Positions 39,186-40,352 of a DNA stretch of 40,352 nucleotides are shown here, in pieces. The position numbers and the translations under genes were made by a program. The notes below the pieces were generated by a model. The model had not been told where the DNA came from and did no database searches. It saw only the letters and a program-made list of their open reading frames with translations. The stretch's first letter is position 1, and each line of letters starts with the position of its first letter. This DNA comes from a virus (lineage: Duplodnaviria > Heunggongvirae > Uroviricota > Caudoviricetes), in IMG/VR virus record IMGVR_UViG_2923302340_000006, positions 1 through 40,352 of that record. The stretch is one strand, 5' to 3'.

Positions 39186-40352
39186 TTGAAACGCCGTCTT
39201 ATTATTGCTGCTTCTTTGTTCGTTTTTAACTTATCGTCTGGTTTTGCGGCGGAAAACATTCCTTTTTCACCTCAGCCTCCAGAGATTCATGCCGGGTCCT
39301 GGGTATTGATGGATTACACCACCGGACAGATCCTCACCGCGGGTAATGAGCATCAACAGCGCAATCCCGCCAGCCTGACAAAGCTGATGACGGGCTATGT
39401 CGTGGATCGCGCTATCGATAGTCATCGCATTACGCCAGACGATATTGTCACCGTGGGGCGCGATGCGTGGGCGAAAGATAATCCAGTGTTTGTCGGTTCT
39501 TCACTGATGTTTTTGAAAGAGGGCGATCGCGTATCGGTACGTGATTTAAGCCGTGGTTTAATTGTGGATTCCGGAAATGACGCTTGTGTTGCTCTGGCTG
39601 ACTATATTGCCAGTGGGCAACGGCAGTTTGTTGAAATGATGAACAACTATGCCGAGAAGCTGCATCTCAAGGATACGCATTTTGAAACAGTGCATGGTCT
39701 GGATGCACCTGGCCAGCATAGCTCGGCTTATGATTTAGCCGTGCTTTCTCGCGCTATCATCCACGGCGAGCCCGAGTTTTATCATATGTACAGTGAGAAA
39801 AGCCTCACCTGGAACGGTATCACCCAGCAAAACCGTAACGGGTTATTGTGGGATAAGACCATGAATGTTGACGGCCTGAAAACGGGTCATACTTCTGGTG
39901 CCGGGTTTAATCTTATTGCTTCGGCTGTAGACGGGCAGCGTCGCCTCATTGCAGTGGTAATGGGTGCTGACAGCGCAAAAGGTCGTGAGGAAGAGGCAAG
40001 AAAATTACTGCGTTGGGGGCAACAAAACTTTACTACGGTGCAAATTTTGCACCGTGGGAAAAAGGTCGGTACGGAACGCATCTGGTATGGCGATAAAGAA
40101 AATATCGCCCTGGGAACGGTACAAGAGTTCTGGATGGTGCTACCGAAAGCCGAAATTCCACATATCAAAGCCAAATATACCCTTGATGGTAAAGAGCTCA
40201 CCGCGCCAATTAGCGCCCATCAGCGGGTAGGGGAAATTGAACTTTACGACCGTGATAAACAGGTGGCGCACTGGCCGCTGGTTACCCTGGAATCTGTCGG
40301 GGAAGGCAGCATGTTTTCTCGCCTGAGTGATTATTTCCACCATAAGGCCTGA
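39186..40352 (+). CDS. dacD: D-alanyl-D-alanine carboxypeptidase DacD (PBP6b), host gene
   Basis: Signal peptide, S11 motifs SLTK, SGN, KTGHT; matches E. coli DacD from memory; likely TTG start at 39186 (ORF opens at 39180). Confidence 0.95.
   Translation: MKRRLIIAASLFVFNLSSGFAAENIPFSPQPPEIHAGSWVLMDYTTGQILTAGNEHQQRNPASLTKLMTGYVVDRAIDSHRITPDDIVTVGRDAWAKDNPVFVGSSLMFLKEGDRVSVRDLSRGLIVDSGNDACVALADYIASGQRQFVEMMNNYAEKLHLKDTHFETVHGLDAPGQHSSAYDLAVLSRAIIHGEPEFYHMYSEKSLTWNGITQQNRNGLLWDKTMNVDGLKTGHTSGAGFNLIASAVDGQRRLIAVVMGADSAKGREEEARKLLRWGQQNFTTVQILHRGKKVGTERIWYGDKENIALGTVQEFWMVLPKAEIPHIKAKYTLDGKELTAPISAHQRVGEIELYDRDKQVAHWPLVTLESVGEGSMFSRLSDYFHHKA

Noticed and set aside
1-40352. CRISPR arrays or insertion-sequence elements
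   Set aside because: No regularly spaced repeat-spacer arrays and no transposase-like ORFs with terminal inverted repeats.

Overview
The window holds most of a mosaic lambdoid prophage (about 1..38600) followed by the host gene dacD (39186..40352). The integrase end is off-window to the left; the first gene is an AlpA/Xis-like excisionase. Reading left to right: a minus-strand early-left (pL-type) operon with DUF551, Ead/Ea22-like and Sak4-like ATPase genes plus several unassigned AT-rich ORFs and an N-like antiterminator; an immunity region with a LexA-like cI repressor, shared GATAAAT operators, cro and a lambda-like cII; a replication/nin/Q/lysis block that matches phage lambda as I recall it (O with ori iterons, P, ren, ninB/E/G/H/I, Q, pR'-6S RNA-tR', S, R, Rz/Rz1); then a P22/Sf6-type virion module (terminase, portal, scaffold, coat, gp4, gp10, tail needle, gp14, ejection proteins gp7/gp20/gp16, mnt-arc-ant immI region, tailspike). 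The best candidates for an undescribed system are (1) a translationally coupled two-gene cassette directly downstream of cI in the lambda rexA/rexB position (6845..8151), with no domain I can recognise, and (2) a divergent cargo pair in the P22 sieA position (33649..34962) behind a promoter bracketed by four copies of an AATGCAAGCAT motif. Other notable items are a promoter-hairpin-terminator element carrying a duplicated GATTGGCATC motif (13387..13665), a ~340-bp direct repeat shared by two antirepressor-like genes 22 kb apart, and an opposite-strand zinc-ribbon gene in the early-left operon. All protein identifications are from visual recognition of motifs and remembered sequences; no database search was run.
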